Of a stretch of DNA of 64,000 nt, positions 36,633 through 50,308 are shown piece after piece (within the stretch, counting starts at the first letter, position 1; each line of letters begins with the position of its first letter). Both the position numbers and the translations under genes were made by a program. The DNA is from Camelus dromedarius (taxonomy: Eukaryota): the NCBI RefSeq assembly GCF_036321535.1, contig NC_087437.1:6572001-6636000 (forward strand), read 5' to 3'. Under the pieces are notes generated by a model, which did no database searches, was not told where the DNA came from, and saw only the letters and a program-made list of their open reading frames with translations.

Positions 36633-37804
36633 AGTGAAAGAGATGCTTGGATGTTGGGGAGAGATCAACCCTTGGCTAGAATGGTGTAGGGGTGACCATC
36701 ATGCTCAAAGGGCCACAGAACGTGCTTGCTAACTTGTCATGGTAATTCGCCTTGAAAGCCAATCAAAGGAATCCAGGGTGTATAATAACCATTTGGTAGG
36801 ACTAATGTTCTGACACCATCTGACAGGACGGGACAAGTGGGAAGTCAGCCGTGTGTGGCTCTCACCACCGCCAGTGAATCCTGCTCGCTGTGTGTTTATT
36901 AACAACCATGCCAGTGTTAGATTTCCTTTTGAGCTCCCTCCTTTTCAAGGATGTGCTTCTCACCCAGGGATGACAAGAGCATTTTTGATTGGTGTATACT
37001 TTTGTTTCCAGAAGGGACTCGGTGGCTGTCAGGCATTTTAGGGTTAGCTGTGTTTTTCTTTTTTGCCCCACCCTGAATGAAGTTCCCGAACTGCCAAGAG
37101 AAACCTCTCCTGTGCGCAGATCCTGAAGTTTATAGTGAATGGACGATAGGAAATAAAAACTATGCCCTTTCTTTTATTTAAAGATCGCCTTCGTGTTGAA
37201 CCGGCTTTTTACTGCCATTAAATATTTGCTTTCTGGGAGCATTTGTATATATTTTCTTAGCTCTTAACTACCAATTCTGCTCGGTTTTGTATCTGCTAGC
37301 CCCAGCATTTACAACCTACGAAAACCTCATAAATCTACTTCATTTTTCTAATAAGACATGAAAGTCCTTAATTGGCCTTAATGAAATGCACTTAAAGGGC
37401 AATAAACGTGTTTAAGCCCCTCTTTGAGGGCGAGCTTCAGTACTCTCACTCTACTCTGTTTTAGCCTTTCTGGTAATTAATCATTTATTCATATGTGACG
37501 AATCAGTAACAAGATCAAGCAACTACTGCACAATTGCATGATAATAAGCTGCTCATATATGTGTCAAGATTTAGCAATCCTTTTTAAAGCCTAATTTAAA
37601 GTCATTTTACAACTAACCAGACTGCTTCTCTGAAGCGTTTTTCCCCTAGTATCTTTCCTACATATTTCCACTTGGATGCCATCTTTTTATTTTGTTTATA
37701 GAGCCCAGTCCGCCTTAAATCCCCTTGTGGCACCAGTGTGAATTTCAGCAATGCAAACATTTACCATTGTTTTTTTCGGGCTGCTTGGAATTCTCTCTCT
37801 GATC

Positions 37805-37808
<4 letters not shown>

Positions 37809-37847
<39 letters not shown>

Positions 37848-37857
37848 GGGGGGGGGG
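37809..37857. repeat. (GT)~19 microsatellite followed by poly-G
   Basis: Direct reading. Confidence 0.95.
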
Positions 37858-39124
37858 TTTGAGGTGCGGTGGTGGTGGTGCAGGGGTGGAGGAAAAGCCA
37901 AAGAAAAAGAGGGACTGCATTTATAAATAGAAGACCCAAGAGTCATCTCGGCCATTTTTAGTACGTATTTAAATCTTAAATCTGCAGTGATTTACAGAGA
38001 CATGTTAATCATGCGCCTGCACTGAGAATTCCAGCAACATCCACGCCACACGTATGCCAACAGAGGGGTGCCTTTTTCTGCAGGGCAATTCTTACTTTCC
38101 TCTTTTTTTTTTTTTTTTTTTTTAATTGAGGTATAACCAACAGATCCCTCATCACAGAAGATGAACTCTTGACTTTCAATTCAAGCTGACAGACTGAATA
38201 TCTGGATGCCTGTTTGTGTGTTCCTGGACAGGGGGTTGGATTTCCTGGGCTGTGTGTGTCCAGCGTGTGTGCTCAGCCCTGAGCCTAGCTGAAGATAGGG
38301 GAGGAAAGATTTGGATCCCCCCAAGTCCGGCAAAGTTGCTGTGCACTTAACAAAATGCGTCTTGAGTTGATCCTATTGTCTGATTGAACAGTTGGCATCA
38401 GTGATAGTCAAGGAAAGTTTGTTCTGCCCAAGGAAACCAAAGGGATTAAAGAGTCAGAAGTCCTTCTCCAGCATGTGTTACCATGTGTAGATCATTCAGA
38501 AGTTTTAAATATTTGCCTAGAAATAGCAGGTGACAAGACTATATATATATGTAGATATATATATATATATTTTTTAATTTTTTTTTAGTAAGAAGAGACC
38601 CTGACAAACTCAGTAGAGATGGCCTCTGTAGGTGAAAATTTGCCATCTAAATTGGTTTGATATCTGAATTTTTACCTTCTTCTATTATCTATAATCATAT
38701 TAGAATGAAGCTCTAAATATGTGAGACCCTCCCCCAGATGCACTTAAACTTTATTAATTCAAATACGGGGTGGAAAAAAGTCAGTCTGAATTGGGGACAA
38801 AGCAGCAGTATAAATTTTGAAAAGAAACATCATTTTGTTACTTTCAAGTACAAAAAAAGGCTACTCCAGGATAACCGGGTAGAGGGAACTCTGGCCAGAT
38901 TCGCTTTCATGTCTGGAAAATGACCACCTGTGACAGCACATTGTCTGTCGGTAGTGAATGTTCCCAAAGCATTTCAAAATTGCTCTCTTGTATGCCTTAA
39001 AACCCCTCAGTTCAAGGGGAGGTAGGCTCAAGAAATTTTATTGTTTTTCTTGTGTATCCAAGGAACCTCATCATAGTGGACTTAATATATTTCTGTCTAT
39101 TTACCTTGACTCAGCAACACTCTT

Positions 39125-39530
39125 CTTTTTTTTTTTTATCTTTCTAAAAATTTTTACTTTTTATTGATTTACAATGTTAGTTTCAGGTGTACAGCAAAGC
39201 GATTCAGTTATACATACATATATATTTTCTTTTCAGATTCTTTTCCATTACAAGAAATTGAATAGAGTTCCCTGTACTGTACCTTAGGTCCTTGTTGTTT
39301 ATCTGTTTTATGCATAGTAGTGTGTATCTGCTAATCCCAAACTCCTGATTTATCCCTCCCTCCCCTTTCCCCTTTGGTGACCATTGTTTTTGTTTTCTAT
39401 GTTCCTGAGTCTATTTCTGGTTTGTAAATTTGTATCTTTTGTTTTAGATTCCTCTTATAAGTCATACCATATATTTGTCTTTCTCTGTCTGACTTACTTC
39501 ACTTAGTAAAATAATCTCTAGGTCCCCATG
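39125..39530 (-). mobile_element. Young L1 3' end (type B), 5'-truncated
   Basis: Poly-T, then gatttacaatgttagtttcaggtgtacagcaaag. Exact TSD agcaacactctt at 39113-39124 and 39531-39542. Confidence 0.92.
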
Positions 39531-41280
39531 AGCAACACTCTTTTATCTTAGGCTCTAAAAAAGTAAATTTTGTTTGAACTTTCTCACAAGCATACATTCC
39601 TGGATAGAAGGCACAGAATTAAAGAGACAGAATCCAGGCATCATTCACATTGCAATCTACATGGACGGCTCCCCCTAGGGTTGTGCAGTGCATAACTCCT
39701 GCCTTCAGATGTTTCAGCTCTGGTTTTCTATCTTGTCTATTGATACTCGGCCTTCATAAAGAAATATCTCTGATTTTGGTTGAAACATTATGTTTCCTTC
39801 ATTTTCAGATGGCGTATGGTTCTTCTTTATCAGGTACCTCTGCAAGGGGTCCTTAAACGTGGCAAGAATGTCTTCATGCATTAATTTTTATATTGCAATC
39901 TTGATCGCTCTAATATTTTCTGCAATTGCTCACATGAACTGTGTAGCCTATTTATTTAGCTCTGAATCACTCTGTGGGTGAAATGTGAATTGTATCCTCA
40001 TGTTGTCTTTTATTTGGTTTTGTGACAAAAGAACATCACTTTCCTTCAAATTATGGCAAATTTCCTTAAGCCAAATAGCTTTTACCAAAAAAAGTAAAGT
40101 GATGAGACTTGAGTTAAAATAAAAAAAAAATGTTTTTATGAGGCCTGGTTACTCAGGCTCCACTAATCAGCTGATTTCAATAATTTTAGGATGAAAAAGA
40201 CATAATTTTAGAATATGAAAGCTGAATTCTTTACCAGGCTTGAGATTTGAAGATGGAGGTCAACAGCCTATGCCCTCTGACTAGCATCTCCCCTGCATTT
40301 TGCAGAAATAATCACAAGGTATAAAAATAATCACAATGTGTAAAAATAATTGCAATAAGGTGATAATTTAGCAGTAAAAGGAAAATTACAGACCCAGTTT
40401 AATCAGTTAAAGTGTCTCTCTGGTTCTTCTGATTTGTTGTTCATTTATGCTGGGCAGCTGGACAATAGGATTTTGCACGGGCCACAAACAATGAAATAAA
40501 ACAGCAAGATGTACTGTATTTTACTGAAACATACAATAAAGGGCAGCAGGGGACTAGTCAAAGCCCAATATTCAAAGACTGTAATTTTTTATCACTACTT
40601 TATTTCCTAAACCAAAATGTTTTTTGGGTATAAATATTGGATGAAAACAAAGCTGCACCACATTTGCTATCATGGAGGCAATACCTAAATCCACTTTTTA
40701 TTAGAATTAAATTAATATTGTGTAAGTAGTTTTAGAGTTTCAGCATTTTACTATTATTTATGTCCTAACTGCTCAGCATGAATAGAATTGTTCCTTGCTT
40801 CTTTTTGTTTTTACTACTAATAAAAAGTAATAGGTGTCATAATTCAGGGACTGTTTATTGCACAGCCTTTTCTGTTTGGTCTTGGTGGTCTCTGGAAGGA
40901 GACATACCCTAACCCGGAGTTCAAGAAGCTTTAATAACAAACATAGCCAGCACTTCCACGGAGCAGTAAACATTTAGGCAAGAGTGGCCAGAACAAAGAT
41001 AGGCAATTAAAAATGTACAATTGTAAAAATGTAGAAATGGAAAGTCAGCCCTGCCAATGACTGTGCTGTGTGAGCAGAAATACATGTGTTGTTCCTTCCC
41101 AGCTTCGTTCATGTATGTCTGGTGATAGCAGAGGATGCATATACTTATTAATAAATACCTTCCCTTAATTACCCACTGATGTCTGAGAACACTGAAGAAA
41201 GAGGAGAAAATAGATTTATTTGTGATGGGCAGGAAGGCAATTTTTAACCACAACCACCATGCTTTCTTATATTTTCTAAA

Positions 41281-41305
41281 AACAACAACAACAACAACAA
41301 CAACA
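41281..41305. repeat. (AAC)n microsatellite
   Basis: Direct reading. Confidence 0.9.
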
Positions 41306-41659
41306 CTGTTCAGAATTAGAAATGACAGGAGCTACTTAAATGAAAATCAGAAAATTGAAATCATTCCTTCGTGAAAGTCACAGGCTTGGGATGCCCTTGA
41401 GGAGATTATGCAAGAATTCACACACTTGGAAATCTGGAAAACTGGACCGGTGGCTAAAACCATGTTCCTTAAGGATCTGCGTTATATTTTAATGAAGCTT
41501 TTATGCCTTAAAACCTGTGCTACTGTCATTGTATGAAGCATGTATTGAGCACACGCAGCCCCTGCAATGCAGGTGACTCCCAGCCTCCTCTCTCCCAGGG
41601 AAAAGAACGGAAGCTTTTTTGTTGTTGTTCTAGAGAAGCCTTTATTCTCTAGTGAAGAG

Positions 41660-42000
41660 TCGTAAGAGTGTACAGTGGAAGATTACACAGCCATTCAAAG
41701 GAATGTTCAGGAAGGATTTTTAGTTATGTAGAAAATATAGATTCTGTGATGAGAAGGGGAAAATACAGCCTGAAAAATTATACCGCCAGTGAGATCTCAG
41801 AGAGAGCAGATGCATCCAGAAAGACTCAATGAAATACACTGAAATGTTAACACAAATTGCATCCAAGGGGCGGGATTCTGGGTGACTTTTGGGTTTCTGC
41901 ATATACTTCCCTAATTTTCAAATTGTCTATAATACGCATATGCTATCTTTACAAAATGAAGGTAGTATAAACTATAGGAAAATAAACAAAATAATAAAAG
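41660..42000 (+). mobile_element. L1ME4-like 3' end
   Basis: acagtggaagattacacagccatt...actgaaatgttaaca...gggattctgggtgactttt. Confidence 0.6.
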
Positions 42001-42044
42001 CAGACTTAAGGATGCATTTTCAACAAATTATGTTAAGTGTTTCC

Positions 42045-42225
42045 ATACATTGCCAGCATCCCTATCAGAGAGGTCACGTTATTTTTTTCCCATCTTACGG
42101 ATGAGGATACTAAAGCTTAGATGGAGCAAGGTAATGGCCCAAGGTCTCTCAGCTGGTCAGTAGAGAATCAGAATTTAAATTCAAATGGATTTGTTCTAGT
42201 GGTCACACTTCCGACCACCACCTTG
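42045..42225 (-). mobile_element. MIR SINE
   Basis: cccatcttacggatgaggatactaaagcttaga...gcccaaggtctctcagctggt. Confidence 0.8.
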
Positions 42226-42599
42226 GGTTGCCTTTCAGTCACTGGTCTGCATGCACACTTCAGGTATAAATAAAATACTGAAAGGTGTCACTGATTCTTC
42301 TTTGTTAAAAGAGGCAGTTGTGCGCTGCTTCTCCCACCAGGCTGGAGAGAATCACCTCTTTTCTTTTGTCTTCTTTTCACAAGTGCTGTCACTTTTGGTG
42401 CTTCTGCCTTTTGCTCTAAATCAAGGGCTATATTTTTGGTGAAACCGAATGAGCAGGGCTTCCCACACTGTCATCCCAGCCCCCTCAATTGCTTGAGCTC
42501 AGCTTTTCGGGGCGACTTTGGAGTGTTCCTGAGGGCAGAGCTTTCCCTAAGCCCGTGAGCCAACTTTCTGGGATATCTTTGCGACCTAACCCATCACAC

Positions 42600-42745
42600 C
42601 CAATATTACAAAGAAGACTAAGCCAGAATCCTTCTGATTCAGACCAGGCTTGTCATTCTTTCTGTAAAGAAGTAAGTCCCTTAAGGACTTAAGCCAGATG
42701 GAATTAGGTGTATTGTCACTCACAACGGAAAGCAATCCGAGCGTC
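42600..42745 (+). mobile_element. MLT1J/K-like LTR 3' fragment
   Basis: ttaagccagatggaattaggtgtattgtcactcacaacggaaagcaatcc. Confidence 0.5.
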
Positions 42746-43195
42746 TCCATCACATATTTAACCACTGGGGTGAGACTCTGAAATGCCTATGAACGTCTTG
42801 CAGGACTAGTGTTTTAGGGAACTCTTTTTAGGAAACATTTCGCAGAAGTCAATTATCTATTTATTTAACAATTTTAATGATCACAAAGTCTTTCTTTTAA
42901 GGCTACATCATCACTTATTTTAACCAGTTTTTTTTTAGATATGATATTATTTACATTTTCCCACTATTTTAATAAATGTGTACCTAACCCAAAAAACTTC
43001 AAAAGTAAAACTTGAAGACTATCAAACCTAATACCTGTAGAAACAGGCCTGTTTCTACTTATGTTACTTATTATATACACACTTTTATTAACTTTGACTT
43101 TCTCTGGAGTATCCCCTGAAGAGTAGGGAGTCTAATACAATGCATTAGTTGTTAACATTTTCTGAGATTTTCATTTTGCTGCAGGAAAAATCAGC

Positions 43196-43234
43196 TTCTT
43201 TCTTTCTCTCTTTCTTTCTTTCTCTCTCTTTCTT

Positions 43235-43266
<32 letters not shown>

Positions 43267-43274
43267 CTTTCTTT

Positions 43275-43358
<84 letters not shown>

Positions 43359-43426
43359 TTCTTTCTTTTTCCTTCCTTCCTTCCTTCCTTCCTTCCTTCC
43401 TCTATTTCTCTCTTTCTCTCTTTTTT
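43196..43426. repeat. Compound (TC)n/(TTTC)n/(TTCC)n polypyrimidine microsatellite
   Basis: Direct reading, about 230 bp. Confidence 0.95.
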
Positions 43427-43749
43427 AATGTCCTAGGTTCATGTGAATTAAGCTTAGAGGACCACTCTGCAATTGGTTCCATCCCCTTAATAATTTTGTG
43501 CAAGGGTTTGTGTGCTGTGCTTCTGAGAAGCTGGGCTCAATTTCCATGGTTGTCACTACAGCACCCTTGCAATCCTCAGTGACAATGCAAAGTGATTAGC
43601 GTAAATGAGGATCCAAATAATCCAGAGAGATGGATTGTTGGAGACAAAGTTATACTGGGCTAGACTGAGCCAGGGAAAGATGGTGCCATTGACCACCATT
43701 TGCCCTGGAAACTTGCATAAGCTTTTATGTTACTTGTGCAGGACCTGGA

Positions 43750-44272
43750 TGGTGAGTTTGGCTCTTCTAAAACATGGCCCCAAGTGTCTTGCTATTTCTT
43801 CTATTGAGAAGGGGTCTATGCCCCTCCCTTTGAGTCTGGGTGGGCTTCTCCGTGCTTCCACCAATGGTGGATGGTAAAGGCTAGGAAATAAAGGCCACGC
43901 CTTTCATGTGGTTGTCCTACAATGTTCCCTCTCAGGATGTGTCTTTCTGGATGATCCTTCTTGGAATGCAGCCCTCATGCTGTGAGAAGTCCAAGGCCAT
44001 GAAGATGCTCCGGATGATGGTCTCAGTGGAGCCTAGCTTTCAAGCGATCCCAGTTCAGGTGTAGACACATTAGAGAAGCAGCCTTCAGATGATTCGTGCC
44101 TGTAGCAGCTACACCTGCTCAGACGTGGTGGAACAAGCTCTTCCCGCTGGGCGACACCTTCCCGAGGGGCAATGTCCAGATCCCAGTGGAATCAGTGAGT
44201 CTAGGAAAATGGTTGTTGTTTCACACCATTGAGTTTGGAGTGGTTTGTTACCCAACATGGAGAATGAGAATA
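43750..44272 (+). mobile_element. MLT1E/F/G-type MaLR LTR
   Basis: ctattgagaaggggtctatgcccctccctttgagtctgggtgggc...catgctgtgagaagtccaag...gagtttggagtggtttgttac. Confidence 0.8.
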
Positions 44273-44539
44273 GCAAGCTTTCAACCCTTTTATCCCCTCC
44301 TTAGTTAGTTGTTCAAATAATGTCTCACTTGCTCTCATGTTCTTTACTAGGAGCTAAGAAGCCCTGAGGAATGTCAGAGGCATGGCAGTTAAGAAAACAA
44401 AGATGATTAAGACATTCCTAGGCATGGGGTGGGGACTGAGGAAGAACATGTGATATTCCCACAGCTGCTGGTACCTACCTCTTGGCTTTTGTGGTACGTG
44501 AGAATAATCACAAATATGCGGACTTTACAAAGAACTTTT

Positions 44540-44700
44540 AGACGCTTTTAATGCAAGTGAACTGTTACAAGAATCTTACAAAGTGAGGATTATTACCATT
44601 ATCATCTTTACTTTACAGATGAAGAAACTGGGGTTCGGAGAGGTTAACTAGACTGTCCAAAGACACACAGCCACTTGGAGGGCAGAAGGGACCAGATCTC
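44540..44700 (-). mobile_element. MIR SINE
   Basis: ctttacagatgaagaaactggggttcggagaggttaa...ccaaagacacacagc. Confidence 0.85.
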
Positions 44701-44964
44701 ATGTTCCCTGGCCTCTTAACCCCTTGCTCTGCCTTTTGCCACCTGCTGGACAAGAAGAGAACTGCTGTCCCAGTTCTGCTGGACCCTGAGCTCCAACCTC
44801 TGTAGGAAGCTGGACGAGCCCCCTTTGCTCAATGGGGGAGAATAGCAGCCCCGCAGGTCTCTCCTCAGGGATGGAGGGTGAAGGAGAGGAACACTGCCTG
44901 AGCTTTTCATTTCTCTGGGAAGAGCCCACAAGGACTTTGGAGGATTCTTCATGCAGACCTCATT

Positions 44965-45750
44965 CTTCAGCCCACCTGGCATCATTTCCAGAAGTTTGAT
45001 TTTTTTAGCTGTCTTCCATGTCTCAGATTCACATGTTTAATCTTTCCTCTAGCTTCTCCAACATCTGGAATGCGGTTATCCTATCTGCCTTAATGTCCCT
45101 GTCTACTAATCCTATCATCTGTGTCGTTCTGGGTCAGTTTCAGGGGACCCAGGTGGGCTGCATTTTCTGCTTCTTTCTCTGCTTGGTAATTTTTAATTTG
45201 ATGCCAGCCATTGTGAATATGATCTTGTCGGGTGCTGGATATTTTTGTGATTTCTGTAATTCCGAGTTTTGTTCTGAGATGTGATTAAGTCACTTAGAGG
45301 ATGGCTCTTAAGCTTTGTGAGGTGGTACCAGAGCTGTATGTAGGGTTAATTTTTCATGGCTCCTGGGCACTGTTTCCTCTAATCTCTTGACACACAGGCA
45401 CTGGTTAGTCCTTAGCTGTATACTTGGGGGGGACCCTTTGCAGGTCCGTGGGCTTTCTCTATGTGCAGGGCTCTCCTTTCAGGTTGTCTGGTGTCCCTAG
45501 ACTTCCAGTTCTGTCTCCTCTACTCGGGCAGACCACTGGGCACTGCCTGGAGTTTCTCTCCCTAACCAATGGCCTAGAAACTTTCTCCAGGCAGTAATCC
45601 GGGGCAACCTGAGAGCTCACCTCGTTTGTTTTTTGTCTCTCAGGGCTCACTGTCCTTTGTTTTCTCCTGTCCAACCCCAATGTATTGAGAGCTGTGTTTC
45701 ATATATTTTTCCAGGTTTTGTTTATTTTAAGTAGGAAGGTAACCAGAAGT
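44965..45750 (-). mobile_element. Old L1M 5'-region fragment (L1MD/L1ME-type)
   Basis: catttccagaagtttgatt...aatgtccctgtctactaatcc...ctctcagggctcactgtcct...aggaaggtaa. Confidence 0.65.
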
Positions 45751-46414
45751 TCTGTTGTGTCTCAGAGACTCAGAAGGTAACAAGCCCATTGAGAGATGGT
45801 TGAAATTGGACCATTATTGAGACACCCGTCTTGTGTAACTGATTTCTTTCGCTATTGAATGGGATCAACTTGTACCTGGGTCACCAAAAACCCTCTTGGA
45901 TATTATTTGAGGCCAATTCAGCCACCTTCCAACATGGAGGTTTCAGTTTGAGTGTGTGGTACACTTTGTGGCAAAAACGCGAATGCTAATTCATACCTTC
46001 AGTAGGAAAAAACCCAACATTCATTTTTCTTTTTTATACTTCAGTTTGGATGTGTGGATGTTTGTTTCTGGTGCCGTATGCTCTGTTAAGTATTTATTAC
46101 ATGTATCCTTCATACCTACTGCTTCTTAAGTCATGTTGCTGCCTGACTTAAAATCTGGTGTTGGGGACGATACTCACGCCACTAGAAGCCTCTCTCATCC
46201 CTTGCGTTACCACCAGTCACACTTTCCATGAGCTTCCATGGACTCCTCCTCCCACCTGGCGGGCTTGGTTGCTTTCATTGCACGGATGAGGCTCACTTCC
46301 GGGGCGACAAGTCCTGGGAGCTCCAGAGGAGGAACGACTGAACCTCTCGGAAACTGGACTCTCGTCCCAGGGGCCCACCCCACCCTCAATGACGCCACCG
46401 CCCACCACGTGCCA

Positions 46415-46555
46415 GCTGGTCTCAGGTTGGATTCCCTGGACGCACATCTGAGTTGGAGGTTGGGGCCCAGAACATTTGAGGAGGGAGTGCCCTTGGGATC
46501 AATTCTTGTGCGACAAAGAAGAAAGCAGGACTGGGCAGAGGAAAGACACAAGCAA
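46415..46555 (-). mobile_element. ERVL LTR fragment (LTR16/LTR33 group)
   Basis: tctcaggttggattccctggacgcacatctgag...gggagtgcccttgggatcaa. Confidence 0.5.
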
Positions 46556-48699
46556 TGTCTTGGCTTGTTCAAAGACTAAACTTGAGCAATATTTTCCCCT
46601 GATGCAGAGGCTCACTGGCACTTCATTTAGTTTTCCTATGTAAATCCCGGGTACCTTAATTTTGTGCACACACACACACATACCCATGCAACATATAATA
46701 AAAATAAAATATTCCATGAAAACAGATTCCACTCTTGGATTTACTTCTCTGGCTGCCGTGGTGTAGAAGTCCAAAGGAAAGAGTTAATAAAGACATAGTC
46801 AGAGGCAGCTTGTGCAGAAGATGGTTTTTTAACAAGAGGTCACAGATTTTATTTTAAGGTTGAAGCCCCCCAGGTGTCTTTCCCCCTCTTTTCAACTGAC
46901 AGTTGTGGTTGAGCAGGGAGTGCGGCTAGCCCTGGGGAACTGCCAGCCAGGCTCAAACAAACAGCCACTTGTGGCTGCGAACTTCCTCTTGGCTCTGCCT
47001 GGAGGCGGCAGTTAGGGTTGGGGAGTTTGGGGGCTGGAGGCCGGGCTCAGACTTTGAGTGGTGCTAATTCTGACTCCGGTTCCCTCATTTCATTCCTGTC
47101 AGGACAATTTTAGCTTCTCCCTTGGACACAAATACTGCTCGAAAAGAATTTTGGGGTGGGGGGGCAGCCCCTCCAAACGGGACATCCCCTAACTTTTCAA
47201 TGAAGATGAATCCTGATCTCCTCAGCAGTGGGGATGGCACTCTTGGTCTTTGCGATGTGCTGAAGGTTTCCTTCTCCCCTAACTAACAAGAAAGTTCTGC
47301 TTAAATGAATGATTCAAATGAGAGTTAGGGGGACACACTTAACCCTTTCAAGATCACTCCGTAATGAAAAGCTCTCTAAACATTAATCTTCCTCTGATTA
47401 ATCCAATACTTTCAGCAGGTCCTTACCAAAAATCTCTGTGGTTCCTTTTACCTCTAGGATAAAGTCTCTTTCCCCTTTGCTCAAATTTAATTTTGCCTTC
47501 CCCAGTCAGGCCCCAACTCTTTCTGCACTTGCACACTATTTTCTGGACACAGAGTCTCCAATCTAGCTGGATTGGTGAGCTCACTGGCCCTGTGTCCTAC
47601 AGATCCTGTCTCCAGGTCCCTGCCCTTATAGTTCCCATGCCGACCACGGATTCTCATTTCCTCCCTTGGAATCCAGTCTAGATTCAGCCCCGCCTCCTGC
47701 AGCCTCCAGGATGGCTCCGCTCCCAAACTCCACTCCCAAAGCATCTCTCTACACCCTTCGTCACTGAATTAATATTGTCGCTGTTGTTTGTCAGCTTTTG
47801 ATGTGTCTGAGCTCATTTCCTCAATTAAGATTGCCCACTCCTAAGGATATTTCACCTCCAGCACAAAGCTCTGGAGTTGAGTGAATGGCCAGCAGCTTGT
47901 ACGTGGCATGCTGTTACTAACAAGTGAATTTCATCGCGAGCAGACCTTGACGGTCTCACACTTGAACGTTCAGATAACACCAGCACCACGTGTACTTGAA
48001 GTTGATACGTTGGCCCATCAGGAGGCATTTTTCTCAGGCTGATTTTTCCTGTGAAGTCAGTGTAGTGTCGGTGGGAAGACCTCTCTGGCGGGTGTCAAGA
48101 GATTGGGCTCCAGTCGCATCTCTGAGGGACACATGAGTGAACCTGCTTCCCTGGGGCTCAATTTCTTTAAGTCGTGCATTTTGGAGGATATCAGAATCCT
48201 GCCTTGAATTAATAAAGAAAGGGCAAGGCCAGGGCAGGCAGGGGAGCCCATTTCTGAAAATGTGTTCCAAGTTTACACTTTTGCCCCTGTTTTTCTTCTG
48301 TTTCCTCTAGTTAGAATGGCTTCCTCCCTCTCTCCCTCTCTCTGTCTCTTCTTTTTTCCCTTTAAGTGTCAGTAAATCTGATAATGATCTCACTTTCCTT
48401 TTATTCCTTCCCTTGTTCTAACCACACTTCTGTGTGCTCTCCTTAGATAAACATTTCTGGTACCGTGAGCACTGAGTGCTGTGCGTGCAAGCTCCAGCTT
48501 ACTTGCTCTCAGAATCTTTTGTTGGAAAAAAAAAAAAGAAGAAGAAATGAACTCCCAGCCCTGAGATACATCTTTCTTGTAATTAAACATTGCATTTACA
48601 CTCAAGAGTGCCAAATCTTTAAAAGGCATCACCTTACCCATCTCTCATCCCCTGTCAGTTCCTGGGACTTCCTGAGATGAGGGTGTTAGGGAAATGCCC

Positions 48700-48830
48700 A
48701 GTGTGTCACCCTGTTTTACAGATAAGAAATGAGGACGCAGGGCCCACAGCAATGTGTCTGAGGGGATCAGTGAGTCCCTGACCAGTAGGGGAGCAGAACA
48801 CGGGGTTCCTGGTTTCCAGCCACGTCCCCA
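48700..48830 (-). mobile_element. MIR fragment
   Basis: ccctgttttacagataagaaatgagg. Confidence 0.6.
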
Positions 48831-49149
48831 GCCACAGGCACGGGGACAAGTCTGAGCAGAATCTTATAGAGGCAAATTGATTTAGATGCAGCCAAGAAAG
48901 GGCACTGCCTTGGGGTTTAGGGAGATGATAAGTGAGGGTGGTGATGTGCTCTGACTGCAGACAGGTGAAGGAAAGAGGATTCATCCAGAGACTCTTCTAA
49001 AAGAAAAACAGAAAACTCCACTGAGGCCAGACCAGAGGAGAGATCAAAAAGGATATGAACCACTTTGAACTTTATTTATTGGTGTCCTGTCCAGAACACC
49101 CAGATGTATTTACCCCTTCAGATCTCCCAACTTTGCCCTGGAACCTGCC

Positions 49150-49374
49150 CAGAGATAGATTTATCATGGAGCTAATGAAGCCCAAGTTTCAGAGTCTCAA
49201 CTGCACAGGTGCCCCCCCCCCCACCCCCCGCCCCAAGACCCTGGGAGAGCCCTGGCAATGGCTTCACATGGCTGTGTCTTTGGTAAGATTTGCCAAAGGA
49301 AGATAGTCTTTTTCTTAGCAAGTCCCTTGAAATCGTTCAAGCTTTAGGACTTGAAAAATCTGAATCTGCCCCTG
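49150..49374. mobile_element. hAT MITE (MER63-like) with TIRs and degenerate 8-bp TSD
   Basis: TIR cagagatagattt / gaatctgcccctg. Flanks aacctgcc (49142-49149) and gacctgac (49375-49382) match 6/8. Confidence 0.7.
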
Positions 49375-50145
49375 GACCTGACCCCCAGCGACACAGTATT
49401 CATAGCTTTTGTGCCCTGGGAAACCGCTCCTCTCTCTTCCTAAATGGATCTGTGCTGCCTTGTTCTTACCGGGCATCCACGATTCTCAGTCTTAAGGAAG
49501 GAAGTTAGCCCTCTTTGAGCCCTTCTTTCGTAATCAAACACCATCTAAGTCCAGACTCACCACACCTTATTTTTTCAAAGTTGGGGAACAGGTTCATGGA
49601 GGTCTGGTAACCTGGTGAATTTCATGGCTTGAACGTGGCACAGCCCCACCGGGAGCTCACCCTTTTTGCACAAGCCGGGATATCGGGAAGGACAACAGAG
49701 GATTCTGGGGCGGAGCCAAGCCACTTTTCGCTCAAGTCACTTTTCTTTGTTCTCCTTTCCATATCCCTTTCTCTCTTCTTTCTGTGATTGCGATCAGTGA
49801 GTGTTGGTGGGGTCTGCGGCCCTTGGGATAGGCACCCAAAATGAAAAGGCAGCGCTTTGTAATTTAAAAGGGAGCAAAATAACTACCCAGATTGTTAGAA
49901 TGTGGGGCAATGAGAGCTACCTAGAGCTGACGGGTGGGGCACAGCTGGAGGTGGAGGTGAGGGCGAGAGGGTGAGGGGGACTCAGAGGAAAGTGCAGTAG
50001 GATGAAGGCAATCAGGAAAGATGTACGCGGAACCTGTGCCAAGAGCCCAAAGGAGACACAGAAAACATACACCTAAGCAGCGTTGTCCTCACACCTGGGC
50101 AGGGGGCGGGGCGGTGTGGCGCTGAGCCCTGTACTTTCTCAGAGC

Positions 50146-50308
50146 CGTGAGTCTCAGACTCCGGCGTGCCTCAGAGGGTGGGTTCATGCTCGGAGTCCTG
50201 TGTTTCTGACTCAGCAGTTTGTGATGGGGCCTGAGAGTCTGCATCTAGAACAGCCTCTCCCGTGATGCCGATGCAGCCAGTCCAGGACCACACTTCAAGC
50301 AGCACCGC
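50146..50308. mobile_element. MER5A hAT-Charlie MITE
   Basis: tttctgactcagcag...ggggcctgagagtctgcatct...gtccaggaccacacttcaagcagcac. Confidence 0.8.

Noticed and set aside
38102..38138. Poly-T plus aattgaggtataa as an ultra-truncated L1
   Set aside because: Resembles an L1 terminus, but only about 15 bp are informative and no TSD was found.
39789..39840. 25-nt micro-exon (ttttcAG|atggcg...cag|GTacct)
   Set aside because: Weak donor and no supporting evidence. Such matches are common by chance.
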